Virus record (IMG/VR): IMGVR_UViG_3300020048_000054
Location: 1 to 64,000 of that record
Strand: one strand, 5' to 3'
DNA from: a virus
Length of the DNA: 64,000 nt
The first letter of the stretch is position 1. Each line of letters begins with the position of its first letter. The notes under the pieces were generated by a model. That model searched no databases. It saw only the letters and a list, made by a program, of their open reading frames with translations, and was not told the origin of the DNA. Positions 38,103 to 47,731 of this stretch are shown here, piece by piece. The translations under genes and the position numbers were made by a program.

Positions 38103-41100
38103 TTAGCAGCTTTCGTATGAATTACAATTAGGGCATAGCATATCAACACAAACACCCGGAATTATATAAACTCTCTTACTAGTTATTTGAGATTTGTTTA
38201 CTACTTGTGCTGTAAATGGAGATGGTGTTTCTACCGTGGATGGAGCAATAAGACCACCAGATCCTTGCCAATTATTAGGATCACCACCACTACCATCATT
38301 ATACTCGGGGCATAACCCCACACCTGAACAGACACCTGGAGATGTTTCTACACACCCTCCTCCACAACCGCACAAACCCTCACATTCTGTGTCTTGCGCA
38401 ATACACAACGGAGCATCTACTGAACCCCCACCACCAGTAGGAGCACATGAATCAGGACCTTCAAATCCATTCTGATAAGCTAATGGAATCTTCATATTAT
38501 CATCAGTTTTCATAGTAGTGGTGACTGCGCCAGAACCATCATCATGATAAAACACAGTAGATGTTCTAAATGAATCTAAATTATATCGAAGATTTCTACC
38601 AAAAATTCCTCTAACATACTGTATCTGTGTAGTAGTATCACTAGCGAGTTTTTTCAAATATCTTTCTCCAAGTTTTTGAATACCATTTATATTATTTGGT
38701 GGGTAGTACATATCTGGAGGACCACCTCCCTGTGCTGGAGGTCCTATCGGATCAAAACTTGGTTCTGGTAAAGCCCATGATGATGTAGTATTATTACAAC
38801 ATCCGTCCCCTATAGGAGATGGCCACACATATGCAGTGCCGTAATTTATTAAACCACCTAGTTGATATGGATCGTAAGTAAAGACAATAGGATTATTTTG
38901 GCCTCCCATACAAAATTCATTTGGACTTACTGGATTATTTCTTATTGAGCCAATAAAGTTACTGTCTATACTTGCAGCCAATCCATCCTGCAATTCTCTG
39001 TTCGCTATGGGTGTACTATCATACCTGTCTAAAAATGTCTTTAACCAAGTCTTTCCTCGTTGTAATAAAAATTCATGAACTATGTCCTTTATATTAGAAT
39101 TTTTAAAAAGGTTCAGATTATAAGTATTTTTCTTATATAAAGCTTTAGTGCAAGTAGATTGGCCATATTTGTATGTTATTCTTCCCCACAGAGGTGGGAA
39201 TGGTGCATATAATCCAGCTTTGATTCTATCTTGATATGGCTCTATTTTATTTACAAATTTTGGTAATTCGTTTGACAAATCTGTATATGGAATGTTATCG
39301 TTAACTGGATCACATAGTAAACAATTAGTTAATTGTTCTGGTGTTGTATATCCATATCTTTTTAAACAGTTTTCTCTAGTTTCTACTTTATTGCTACTTG
39401 TTTTATATGAACCAACATAATTACATCTAAAATTAATATCTGTACTAATAAGTGTACTAGGAGCAGAGGTAACTAAACCAACAGTAGCATTTAATACTTC
39501 TCCTACGTTATTTGGAACCGCTGTTCCGATAAAGGAAGGAGCGAATGCACTTGTATTAGTTTCATCATAGTATAATATATTATTATCACGCGATAAAGCA
39601 TACCCAGCAGGATTTAATCCAGCCGGTAATGTAATACCAATAATAGAAGCATTAGCATTAAATAGTGGTAGTATACTAAAATCGTTTTCTACATACCCAG
39701 CTGCAGCATCTAATAATATAGCTTTAGATTGTGGTACTGAAAATACAGATCTAAATGGAGCTTGAGACGATCCTGCTACTTGTTCGGCAAACTCGCTATT
39801 AGACGGTGATGGGGGAGCGTTAGGAGGTATTATGCTACGATTTCCATCGGTATTTAATACAGTTGGATCTGAATTCACTATTATAGGAAAACACCAAAAA
39901 CATGCAGCATATTCAGGGTCTTCTGGTGGTAGTGGTATGCAATTACACTCATCAAACTTAAAATCAGTTCCAGCACCGAGTGTAGCACAGCTATTATCAC
40001 CATTAGTAAGTTCAAAATCAAAAGGTGTTCCGCAGCTATTATCTACACACGTTTTGAAACAAGGCTTGGTTAGGCATGTTTGATCAGCAACACAAGGTCC
40101 TGGTTCGAATCCTACGGAGCATTCAGCACCACAAAGTGTTGTTTCTTGTAAACATTGTGTTCCGTCACATCTATGACATGTTTTAGATATGCACTTATTA
40201 TCACAAGTATTCTGAAATTCATAAAAGTTTATATTAACTTCGGAACAAGAATTTCCAGTAGTAATAATTTCAGTACAACCACATGGTGAGCCATTTGGGT
40301 TACATTCATAGCAAGTTAATTGATTTTGAACTGTGCAGCAAATATCTTTCTCTAAATTCACATCAATTGGGCATTTTGTATTCTTACCCATATAAATTCC
40401 ATTAAGCCCATCAACCGCATCATTGCATGCGAATGGTGTATCTACATTTTCGCATCTATAAATATTACCTTCTTCTTGTATGCAACATGCTCCCGGAGCA
40501 ATGATATGATCGCAGCAATTTGCACTGGTGCAATTAGGAGCAAGAACAGTAGTTCCTTCTAAGTAATCACAATGCGCTTCTGTGAGTTGTCCTAAACATG
40601 TTCCGTTTTTGCAGCATATTGTAGGAGTCTTACATTTATTAAAACATAGACCAGAAGGTTCAGGAGGAACTGCTGCAGGTTTTCCTATATTATCCGTGTT
40701 GTCAGTTTCTGGAAAAAATCCAACTTGACCACATGTTATACCTGAGATAAAATAGCCACCAATAATTTGACACAGAGTTGGATCTATATCAGAAACACAT
40801 TTTCCTTCTGTGCAACAAACTCCATCAAACTCTTTTTGTTCTCCTACTATGCATGAATTTTTATCGCAAGGAACTATTCCTTCAAAGTTTCCATCTCGTT
40901 CTGTGCAGTATGTCTGTGTGACATAATCATCGCAGTGTTTTGTTCCATCTACATCGAAGTAGCAGCAGGAACCACGAACACCAGGATTTTTAATATTTTC
41001 TGCGCCAATTCCTCTTGCAGTAAAACTTGCACGCCAAACTTCGTCTTCACTCGTTCTCCACATGTGAAGAATATTAACGCCAGGATAAAATATTGGTTTA

Positions 41101-41963
41101 CTTTCTGCATCAAATACAACATCTTCTGGGAAGTTCCAAATATCCTCTCCATGAACAATCAAGGTGACAGACATGACCTGTCCGTCAGGAATTGCAATAA
41201 TATTACTTGTAGTGAATGCTTTAATTCCGAGTGGAGTAATTAAGTTAAAAACTGTTGCTCTAGAAACATCTAGTGTAATTCCTTCTACTCCAGCGATATA
41301 GAAATTAGAGAGATTTACTGTAAAATCACCACGTTCTATTGGACCAACAGAGAGAGATGATTCAATAATATCAGCAACTATATTTCTTCCAGCTGTCTCT
41401 CCTCCGAAATTCACATATCCATAATTGAAGGTAGTGATGTGTTCAACTCGATTTGTTCCAAGGGAAGTTTCAGGAATCAAATCCGTAGACATGATTGCTG
41501 TTTTAGATTGTGCATACACAATTCTATTATTCTCTGCAAATTCAGAAATTCCACCAGCTCCACTATTGGCAGATATTGTAAACACCAAAGCACCATCTGT
41601 GCTGTATGTTATTCCCAATAAACCATCAGTTCTAAAGTTATAAAAATCTAAAGTAATACCACCACACACACCTTTTAGAATAGATGTTTCTGAACCAAGA
41701 GAAAATGCTGTTACTCCTGCATATACTCCGGTTGCTCCTTTAAGAATTCCTGGGCTTACGTTATTTCCATCAGATAAACCAAATTCTACTACTCCTTCTT
41801 CGGTTACAAGTACGGATGTAATATAATTAGAATCTAAGCCAGTGGCTCCAGTAGATCCACGAACCGTTTGATTTGCTCCAGTAGCACCAGTTGCTCCTAT
41901 GGGTCCAGCTGAACCTAACCCGCTGCCTGGATATATTGTACTGAAGCCAATCTCATTTGCCAT
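38103..41963 (-). CDS. Large Cys-rich tail fibre-like protein
   Basis: Short collagen-like GxxGxx N-terminus; four GxCC repeats followed by a second Cys-rich repeat type. Confidence 0.65.
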   Translation of the reverse strand: MANEIGFSTIYPGSGLGSAGPIGATGATGANQTVRGSTGATGLDSNYITSVLVTEEGVVEFGLSDGNNVSPGILKGATGVYAGVTAFSLGSETSILKGVCGGITLDFYNFRTDGLLGITYSTDGALVFTISANSGAGGISEFAENNRIVYAQSKTAIMSTDLIPETSLGTNRVEHITTFNYGYVNFGGETAGRNIVADIIESSLSVGPIERGDFTVNLSNFYIAGVEGITLDVSRATVFNLITPLGIKAFTTSNIIAIPDGQVMSVTLIVHGEDIWNFPEDVVFDAESKPIFYPGVNILHMWRTSEDEVWRASFTARGIGAENIKNPGVRGSCCYFDVDGTKHCDDYVTQTYCTERDGNFEGIVPCDKNSCIVGEQKEFDGVCCTEGKCVSDIDPTLCQIIGGYFISGITCGQVGFFPETDNTDNIGKPAAVPPEPSGLCFNKCKTPTICCKNGTCLGQLTEAHCDYLEGTTVLAPNCTSANCCDHIIAPGACCIQEEGNIYRCENVDTPFACNDAVDGLNGIYMGKNTKCPIDVNLEKDICCTVQNQLTCYECNPNGSPCGCTEIITTGNSCSEVNINFYEFQNTCDNKCISKTCHRCDGTQCLQETTLCGAECSVGFEPGPCVADQTCLTKPCFKTCVDNSCGTPFDFELTNGDNSCATLGAGTDFKFDECNCIPLPPEDPEYAACFWCFPIIVNSDPTVLNTDGNRSIIPPNAPPSPSNSEFAEQVAGSSQAPFRSVFSVPQSKAILLDAAAGYVENDFSILPLFNANASIIGITLPAGLNPAGYALSRDNNILYYDETNTSAFAPSFIGTAVPNNVGEVLNATVGLVTSAPSTLISTDINFRCNYVGSYKTSSNKVETRENCLKRYGYTTPEQLTNCLLCDPVNDNIPYTDLSNELPKFVNKIEPYQDRIKAGLYAPFPPLWGRITYKYGQSTCTKALYKKNTYNLNLFKNSNIKDIVHEFLLQRGKTWLKTFLDRYDSTPIANRELQDGLAASIDSNFIGSIRNNPVSPNEFCMGGQNNPIVFTYDPYQLGGLINYGTAYVWPSPIGDGCCNNTTSSWALPEPSFDPIGPPAQGGGPPDMYYPPNNINGIQKLGERYLKKLASDTTTQIQYVRGIFGRNLRYNLDSFRTSTVFYHDDGSGAVTTTMKTDDNMKIPLAYQNGFEGPDSCAPTGGGGSVDAPLCIAQDTECEGLCGCGGGCVETSPGVCSGVGLCPEYNDGSGGDPNNWQGSGGLIAPSTVETPSPFTAQVVNKSQITSKRVYIIPGVCVDMLCPNCNSYESC

Positions 41964-41974
41964 TAGTTATTCTC

Positions 41975-44884
41975 TTATCTGCAGGAAGTGCATGTGTTTA
42001 AAGACTTAAAGCTAAATTCAAATTGATTCTGCTGATCTTTAGCTTTAAAATATATAGGAACCATACGACATGCTCTAACTTTAGCCACTTTGTCAGTCTT
42101 AAGAGATGATATCATCTTTCCTGTACCAAAATCTTGTGCATATGCACGATGTGCCTGAGCTAATTTATAACTCTTCCACGAATCTGTTGATGGATCAGAT
42201 AGTGATATTGGAGCTTCTAAACTATAGTTCTGTTGTTGATAGGTTTTAACACTACCACCACTAGTTCCTGCTGCCCTAGAATCTACCATTTTTCCGCCAG
42301 TAGTAGAAGACCAATATGAGGAATCTATAGAAAGCGTAACGGAGGAACCAGTAGAGTGATATATTATACCAGTATTAATGGCATCAATATTGTAATATAC
42401 TATATTCAATTCCAAAGCACTGGGAATATACCAATCTGAATAACCATTATATGATTCTTTATTTTTCTCGCTAATGTGATATAAAGCAGTCGAAGATGTG
42501 TTTATAGCATTCCACATTTCCTTGTACTTAGATTTAAAGTAATTGCTGCTTCTGGAGATCTGAGTTCGATCAATATCAGATTGCCAGTAACTAACTCGAC
42601 TGTGTTTAAATCTATCATACGCAAGAGGATCAATTGTCTCAAGCTTGCCAGCTATTGTGTAGGTATTTGGTATGAACCAAGTATTACGTTCAATAGAAGT
42701 GTCATCAAACATTCTGGTGTTTAATAATCCATCAAACACCGTTGTTCCATATGGAGTCAATATGTTATTCTGCCACAGTGTGTTACTATAATTACTCATT
42801 TCCGAAGAAACAGTAAATGCATTTACGGACATACTCATACCAAACGAAACATTAGTTGTATTAAAATCTTCAGCAGCTACAATTAGAACCCATGCGTTTG
42901 GAATGTTATCCCCATGAATCTGCTTCGAAAGTTGTCTATATGCCAACACTGAGTTATATCCGTATTTTTTATTCTCAACGGATTTCTCATTACATGGTTT
43001 ATTTTCTGTTGTCAAACAAGTATCGGAAAGTCGATTGTAGAAAGTTAGATCCAAGTAATCACGAACACCAGAAAGAGATTTAATATCTGATGTCAATACT
43101 CTACCATTACTCTTACCTAATTCATTCAGAGTCACATATCTGGATGGTGAGAAGTTAGAGCAGTTGCATCTCAATGATCCATTGTATGTGCCGTTAACAG
43201 CGACATATCTTTTTACAGAATTGATTGTGTTATTTTCAATTTCGGAGATTACTTCTCCTTTAGCAAAGTAACCATCATTGTCAAACGCAGCAGGGGGATA
43301 ACCAACAAATCCAGCAACAATTCCACCACCAAACGAATCTCCAATTTTAAGATCTGTTGGAATTTCTTCTGTGTTGTCTGTTCTTATTGCCGCAAATTTT
43401 AATGAAGGAGATGTGTCAGAATCCTTACAGCATATTGATGATGAACACAAACTAGTTGGTCCTTGATACACACCACCATCAGCCGCACATTCTGTTGGTG
43501 TTGTATCATCCTTGCAATTATCGACTCCAAAACAACAAGCTCCTATAAATCCTTCCACACAGCAATTTCTTTCACCACAAGTTACTCCTTTATATCTTCC
43601 CCCAAGTTCTTTGCATAACTCTTCTGAAGCATCACTGGCGGAAAGATCATAACAATCACCATTAACACAGCAGGATGCAGCGATTGGACAATTACTAGGG
43701 CAACCATCTTCTAATTCACTACATCTAACATTTGGATAAAAAGATCCATGAGCTTTATCGCACAATTCATCATTAGTTTCAAAACAAGTGCCATTGGCAC
43801 AACATGCACCACCAGAATAACAATCATCAGACAAATATCTAATATTGCATGATTTAAAATTAAAGTTTCCACCGATAGAATCGCAGAAAGATTTGGTAGC
43901 ATAGTCTAAACATTTACGGTTTACTATTGAAGAAGTACCTGTGCTACAATAACAGCAAGAACCAATTATTTGATTTTTATAGGTTTCGTTGGAATATGTA
44001 ATTCCTTTTCCTATAATATTCATTTCAAATGAACCAGTACGTCCTCCACTTCCATCCACAGCATATGTGATACCTTCAGTTCTAAACGACACCTTTGGGT
44101 ATAAGTTACGATTTTCGTCAGTAACTGTTATAAAAACAGATTGATCTGTTCTGGTTATTCCGAAACCACCAGACACAAGTGAAGATTTAACTGTTATTTC
44201 ATTTAATACATTAGATACATTGTCAGTAAGTGCATTTATCCAGTTTATATTTCCGGTGTATCCCTTTTTAAATTCAGTATCAAAGTGTTGATTAATTTTG
44301 AATTTAAATGTATCTAATGTTATTCCTTTAAAACTTCCAGCTGTTGGAGTAATTATAGATCTAAAATATTTTGTGTTTGCATCGTTAGTCCCATCAATAG
44401 CTGTTCCAAAGTTATTAGCTCCAACAGTAACATACATCAAACTTCCTGTGGTTCCTACTGCAGAATTAGTAGTACCCGGACTTGAAATGTAAAAAGAAGA
44501 TAGACTAATTCCACCAGTAACTTCTCCAACTAACTTTATAGTCTTAAACATAAACATATAAGGGTCAGCAGTGAATCCACCATAAATGCTAGTATCTTCT
44601 GCGCTGCCAGTTTCTCCAACTGTAAAGTTTGGGAAAGGATCTCGTGAACTACTTCCAGCAGGTGATGTAGTAGTTAAGAAGAATCCAGTATTATTCTCAT
44701 AGGTGATTCCTAATATAGCTCCAACAATTTGTGTTGAAACAAACTGAATACCATCAGATCCCGTTGGACCAGTAATAGAGTATCCAGTAATACCTGTAGG
44801 TCCAGTTGCTCCTGTAGCTCCTGTTACAGAATTTACACCAGCAGTGATTAGAATATTTGGTATATTTGATGAACCGAATGACAT
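41975..44884 (-). CDS. Cys-rich tail fibre-like protein with a DUF1566-like C-terminus
   Basis: GATGATGPTG; four GxCC repeats; IGDSFGGGIV; DWYIPSALEL...YWSST...VRACR. Confidence 0.7.
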   Translation of the reverse strand: MSFGSSNIPNILITAGVNSVTGATGATGPTGITGYSITGPTGSDGIQFVSTQIVGAILGITYENNTGFFLTTTSPAGSSSRDPFPNFTVGETGSAEDTSIYGGFTADPYMFMFKTIKLVGEVTGGISLSSFYISSPGTTNSAVGTTGSLMYVTVGANNFGTAIDGTNDANTKYFRSIITPTAGSFKGITLDTFKFKINQHFDTEFKKGYTGNINWINALTDNVSNVLNEITVKSSLVSGGFGITRTDQSVFITVTDENRNLYPKVSFRTEGITYAVDGSGGRTGSFEMNIIGKGITYSNETYKNQIIGSCCYCSTGTSSIVNRKCLDYATKSFCDSIGGNFNFKSCNIRYLSDDCYSGGACCANGTCFETNDELCDKAHGSFYPNVRCSELEDGCPSNCPIAASCCVNGDCYDLSASDASEELCKELGGRYKGVTCGERNCCVEGFIGACCFGVDNCKDDTTPTECAADGGVYQGPTSLCSSSICCKDSDTSPSLKFAAIRTDNTEEIPTDLKIGDSFGGGIVAGFVGYPPAAFDNDGYFAKGEVISEIENNTINSVKRYVAVNGTYNGSLRCNCSNFSPSRYVTLNELGKSNGRVLTSDIKSLSGVRDYLDLTFYNRLSDTCLTTENKPCNEKSVENKKYGYNSVLAYRQLSKQIHGDNIPNAWVLIVAAEDFNTTNVSFGMSMSVNAFTVSSEMSNYSNTLWQNNILTPYGTTVFDGLLNTRMFDDTSIERNTWFIPNTYTIAGKLETIDPLAYDRFKHSRVSYWQSDIDRTQISRSSNYFKSKYKEMWNAINTSSTALYHISEKNKESYNGYSDWYIPSALELNIVYYNIDAINTGIIYHSTGSSVTLSIDSSYWSSTTGGKMVDSRAAGTSGGSVKTYQQQNYSLEAPISLSDPSTDSWKSYKLAQAHRAYAQDFGTGKMISSLKTDKVAKVRACRMVPIYFKAKDQQNQFEFSFKSLNTCTSCR

Positions 44885-47730
44885 TATTGACTATTCCTTA
44901 AAAGCTTTGGTGTCTTCCATAATTTATATTGTTCTGAATTAATCGGTGGAGTTTTACCATCACATCGCATAAGTCTGATAGGTCTAACTTTTAGTTCTGC
45001 AGATCGATTTTCTTTCTTCACCGTAAACTGCGAAGATTCTCCATTTGGATCAAAGTATATTGCCCAAGTAACAGATCCATGTTCTGGCTTTCCTGAAGTA
45101 TAAACCCCTTGATCCGTGGTGGTATCAAAAGATCCAGTTGATGACCAGTGCCAATCATATAATGGTATTCCGCTATTACTAAGTAATGCAGCATTCATAT
45201 CAAATCCATAATAGGGATTTGTAGAGTCTGTTATAGAATTTGCTGCTAAGAAAGCCAACTCGTCGTGGCTAGGAATAAACCAATCAGATAATGCAGTTGG
45301 ATTTGCAGTCAATCCGTGTGTGTTTGTGAAATCATTATTATTAAATGCAGACAGAGCGCGAACAGCAGACATAGTTATACCTGAATTAAATTCACTGTAT
45401 GTAAAATATGGAGAAACCGACAATTTAATATAGTGAGCATTGTCTGCGGAAATCATACGAATGGTGTTGTATATTCCCCAATTTCTATTCCACAAACCAT
45501 TTGATGCTTTTACACTTCTAGTAAATAATCTAGCAACAGGATCTTTTCCATTTAGTCTGGAGGAATAACATGTTTGGAATGTAACAGATTTAATGTTATC
45601 TAACGACTCTCCAGTTACACCGTAGTATCCTTCACCATATTGTAAATATGATGAATCATATCGTTTATCCAAATATGTAAAATCTGAGTATTTGTATTTG
45701 GTTAAATCCAAAAGTGGACCCCATGCTATTCCAGGTCCATACCAAGGAAAGGTATCTTTCTTTGCAAGTTCTTCTGTTGGATTTACAAACTTTCCAGCGT
45801 CATTTATTGATGATGGATATAGAGAAACTATAATGTAATATGAATCTACATCGTTATTGAGTAGCACTTCGCAGCTTTCTCCAGTGATTCCATAACCAAC
45901 ATAATCAGTTTCACTCTGATAATAGTTTGCTAATGTTTCTCCACCATATATGAAGTCTGCAGTGCTTCCGTGTCTAGAAAATGCATGAGAGCCGCCAAGA
46001 AGTTTAGATGACTTGGGATTATATACACCAACAACCATTCCACCGCCAATTATATCTCCTGGTCGTAATGAGACTCCAAGGAACCCACCACACTTGAGAT
46101 ATGAAGAACAAGTGATACCAGCGCATGTTGTTGTATTACCATGATAATATGATCCAGAACTCAAACAAACTTCAGCAGTGGTTTGTGTGCATATTCCAGT
46201 TGGTGTGCAGCATGCACCAGTTCCTGTCGAACATATTGGATTACTATTATCAGAAAAGCATAATATGCCTCTTCCATTAAAACTACCACCACCAAGAATA
46301 CAATCTTCTTTTGTTACTTGTTCACAATTTCCAGCACCATCACAACATGCACCAAGAGCATTGAATGAATTATTGCAATCAACCTCGTTACATGTGGTAT
46401 TAAATCCAGAAAATATAGATTCTATTGAATCATTATTTAGAGATAGACAATCTATCGGAGAAATATTTTCTAAACATGAAGTTGTTATTTTACCATCAAT
46501 TGTATTTTTGATACAGCATGTTCCGAATGACTCTGTACATACACTAGTAGAATCAATTGTGCCGCAAGTAGTACCAACACCAGAGAAAAATCCAGATTTT
46601 TGTGTGCATATTTCTTGTGTAGAAAGAGTGCAAGAATTATTACCTAAACAACAAGCTCCAGTCAATCCTGAGAAAAAATCTAATGCAATCTGTCCTTCTG
46701 ATGTTGCGCTGAACTGTTGGATATTATTATCACAGAAATATTTTCCAGTAGATCCAATACCTTGACCAAAAATATATCCATACCAAAAATCATTTCCTGA
46801 TATAAAATGTATAAGATGAGATTCACCAGTTGTTAAACATGGTAATTTGTTTAATGGCCATTTTATACTAGGACCCCAACTAGCATTTAAAAATGTGCCA
46901 TCTCCTGTGGCTCCAGTCACAAACAAACTAAATGCAGTTTGATATTTTGGTGGAGGACTAAGACTTATATTATATTTTACGGGGTCTACTAAATCAGGTT
47001 TAAAACTAGAAACATCTAGAACAAGTGTCTTAGTTTTTGATCTGTTATTAGAATCTGTAAATTCACTAGATGCCTGTATAAAAATTAGAAGCTGTCCACT
47101 AGAACCTCCAGCACCAGAAATTGATCCACCATCACTCACAACATCGTTAATCTGATTGGCTCCTCGAACATGCTCAAAGACATTTGCTTTGTTGATTCTA
47201 ACAGTATCAGTTACATTTCCATACTTAGCAGATCCTAATGTAGCACCAACAAGATTTCCAGATGAATCTGTCGCAATGATTTCACTCAGCTCTCCGACGC
47301 TAAGTGTAAAACCACCATCATACCTATCGACAGTTATTGTTATAGTGTCAGCATCGCTAGTAATTCCTACCAATGATTTAAACCCAGTGCTACCACGAAG
47401 TTTTCTGAGAGTGATGTTTCTCTCATCAGTAGATCCAACAAAGACAAAACCAGTTCCAGTAGAACCAGTTATACCACCAACCAGTACAGTTGTATTTCCT
47501 GTTATGCCTAACAGTTTTCCGGAAGCAGCGCGAGTTATTCCATTACTGAATGATGATATAAGAGTATATCCAGAAAGCGTAATTCCGGTTATTCTAAAAG
47601 ATGCGGTAGCACCAGTATTGCCGTAGAAATCATCACCACGGGGTCCTTGTGGTCCAGTATTACCAATAACTCCGTATATGGTAATTCCTTTTATTGCCTT
47701 AAATTGGCTAGTACCACGAATTGAAGGCAT
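44884..47730 (-). CDS. Cys-rich tail fibre-like protein with a DUF1566-like C-terminus
   Basis: Dense GITG/GNTG N-terminus; four GxCC repeats; PGDIIGGGMVV; DWFIPSHDEL...WSST...VRPIR. Confidence 0.7.
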   Translation of the reverse strand: MPSIRGTSQFKAIKGITIYGVIGNTGPQGPRGDDFYGNTGATASFRITGITLSGYTLISSFSNGITRAASGKLLGITGNTTVLVGGITGSTGTGFVFVGSTDERNITLRKLRGSTGFKSLVGITSDADTITITVDRYDGGFTLSVGELSEIIATDSSGNLVGATLGSAKYGNVTDTVRINKANVFEHVRGANQINDVVSDGGSISGAGGSSGQLLIFIQASSEFTDSNNRSKTKTLVLDVSSFKPDLVDPVKYNISLSPPPKYQTAFSLFVTGATGDGTFLNASWGPSIKWPLNKLPCLTTGESHLIHFISGNDFWYGYIFGQGIGSTGKYFCDNNIQQFSATSEGQIALDFFSGLTGACCLGNNSCTLSTQEICTQKSGFFSGVGTTCGTIDSTSVCTESFGTCCIKNTIDGKITTSCLENISPIDCLSLNNDSIESIFSGFNTTCNEVDCNNSFNALGACCDGAGNCEQVTKEDCILGGGSFNGRGILCFSDNSNPICSTGTGACCTPTGICTQTTAEVCLSSGSYYHGNTTTCAGITCSSYLKCGGFLGVSLRPGDIIGGGMVVGVYNPKSSKLLGGSHAFSRHGSTADFIYGGETLANYYQSETDYVGYGITGESCEVLLNNDVDSYYIIVSLYPSSINDAGKFVNPTEELAKKDTFPWYGPGIAWGPLLDLTKYKYSDFTYLDKRYDSSYLQYGEGYYGVTGESLDNIKSVTFQTCYSSRLNGKDPVARLFTRSVKASNGLWNRNWGIYNTIRMISADNAHYIKLSVSPYFTYSEFNSGITMSAVRALSAFNNNDFTNTHGLTANPTALSDWFIPSHDELAFLAANSITDSTNPYYGFDMNAALLSNSGIPLYDWHWSSTGSFDTTTDQGVYTSGKPEHGSVTWAIYFDPNGESSQFTVKKENRSAELKVRPIRLMRCDGKTPPINSEQYKLWKTPKLLRNSQ

Positions 47731-47731
47731 G

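Noticed and set aside
38102-38155. Apparent signal peptide MFVLICYALIVIHTKAA on ORF 35525-38155
   Set aside because: It is an upstream extension overlapping the 3' end of the previous gene; the likely start is the ATG at 38101, just after that stop
41860-47680. Collagen triple-helix fibres
   Set aside because: Gly-X-Y runs last only 3-5 triplets, and most GxT motifs are isolated and out of register
35525-47730. A complete diversity-generating retroelement
   Set aside because: No reverse transcriptase, Avd or TR/VR pair is visible; the paralogous tips are too divergent to be template copies
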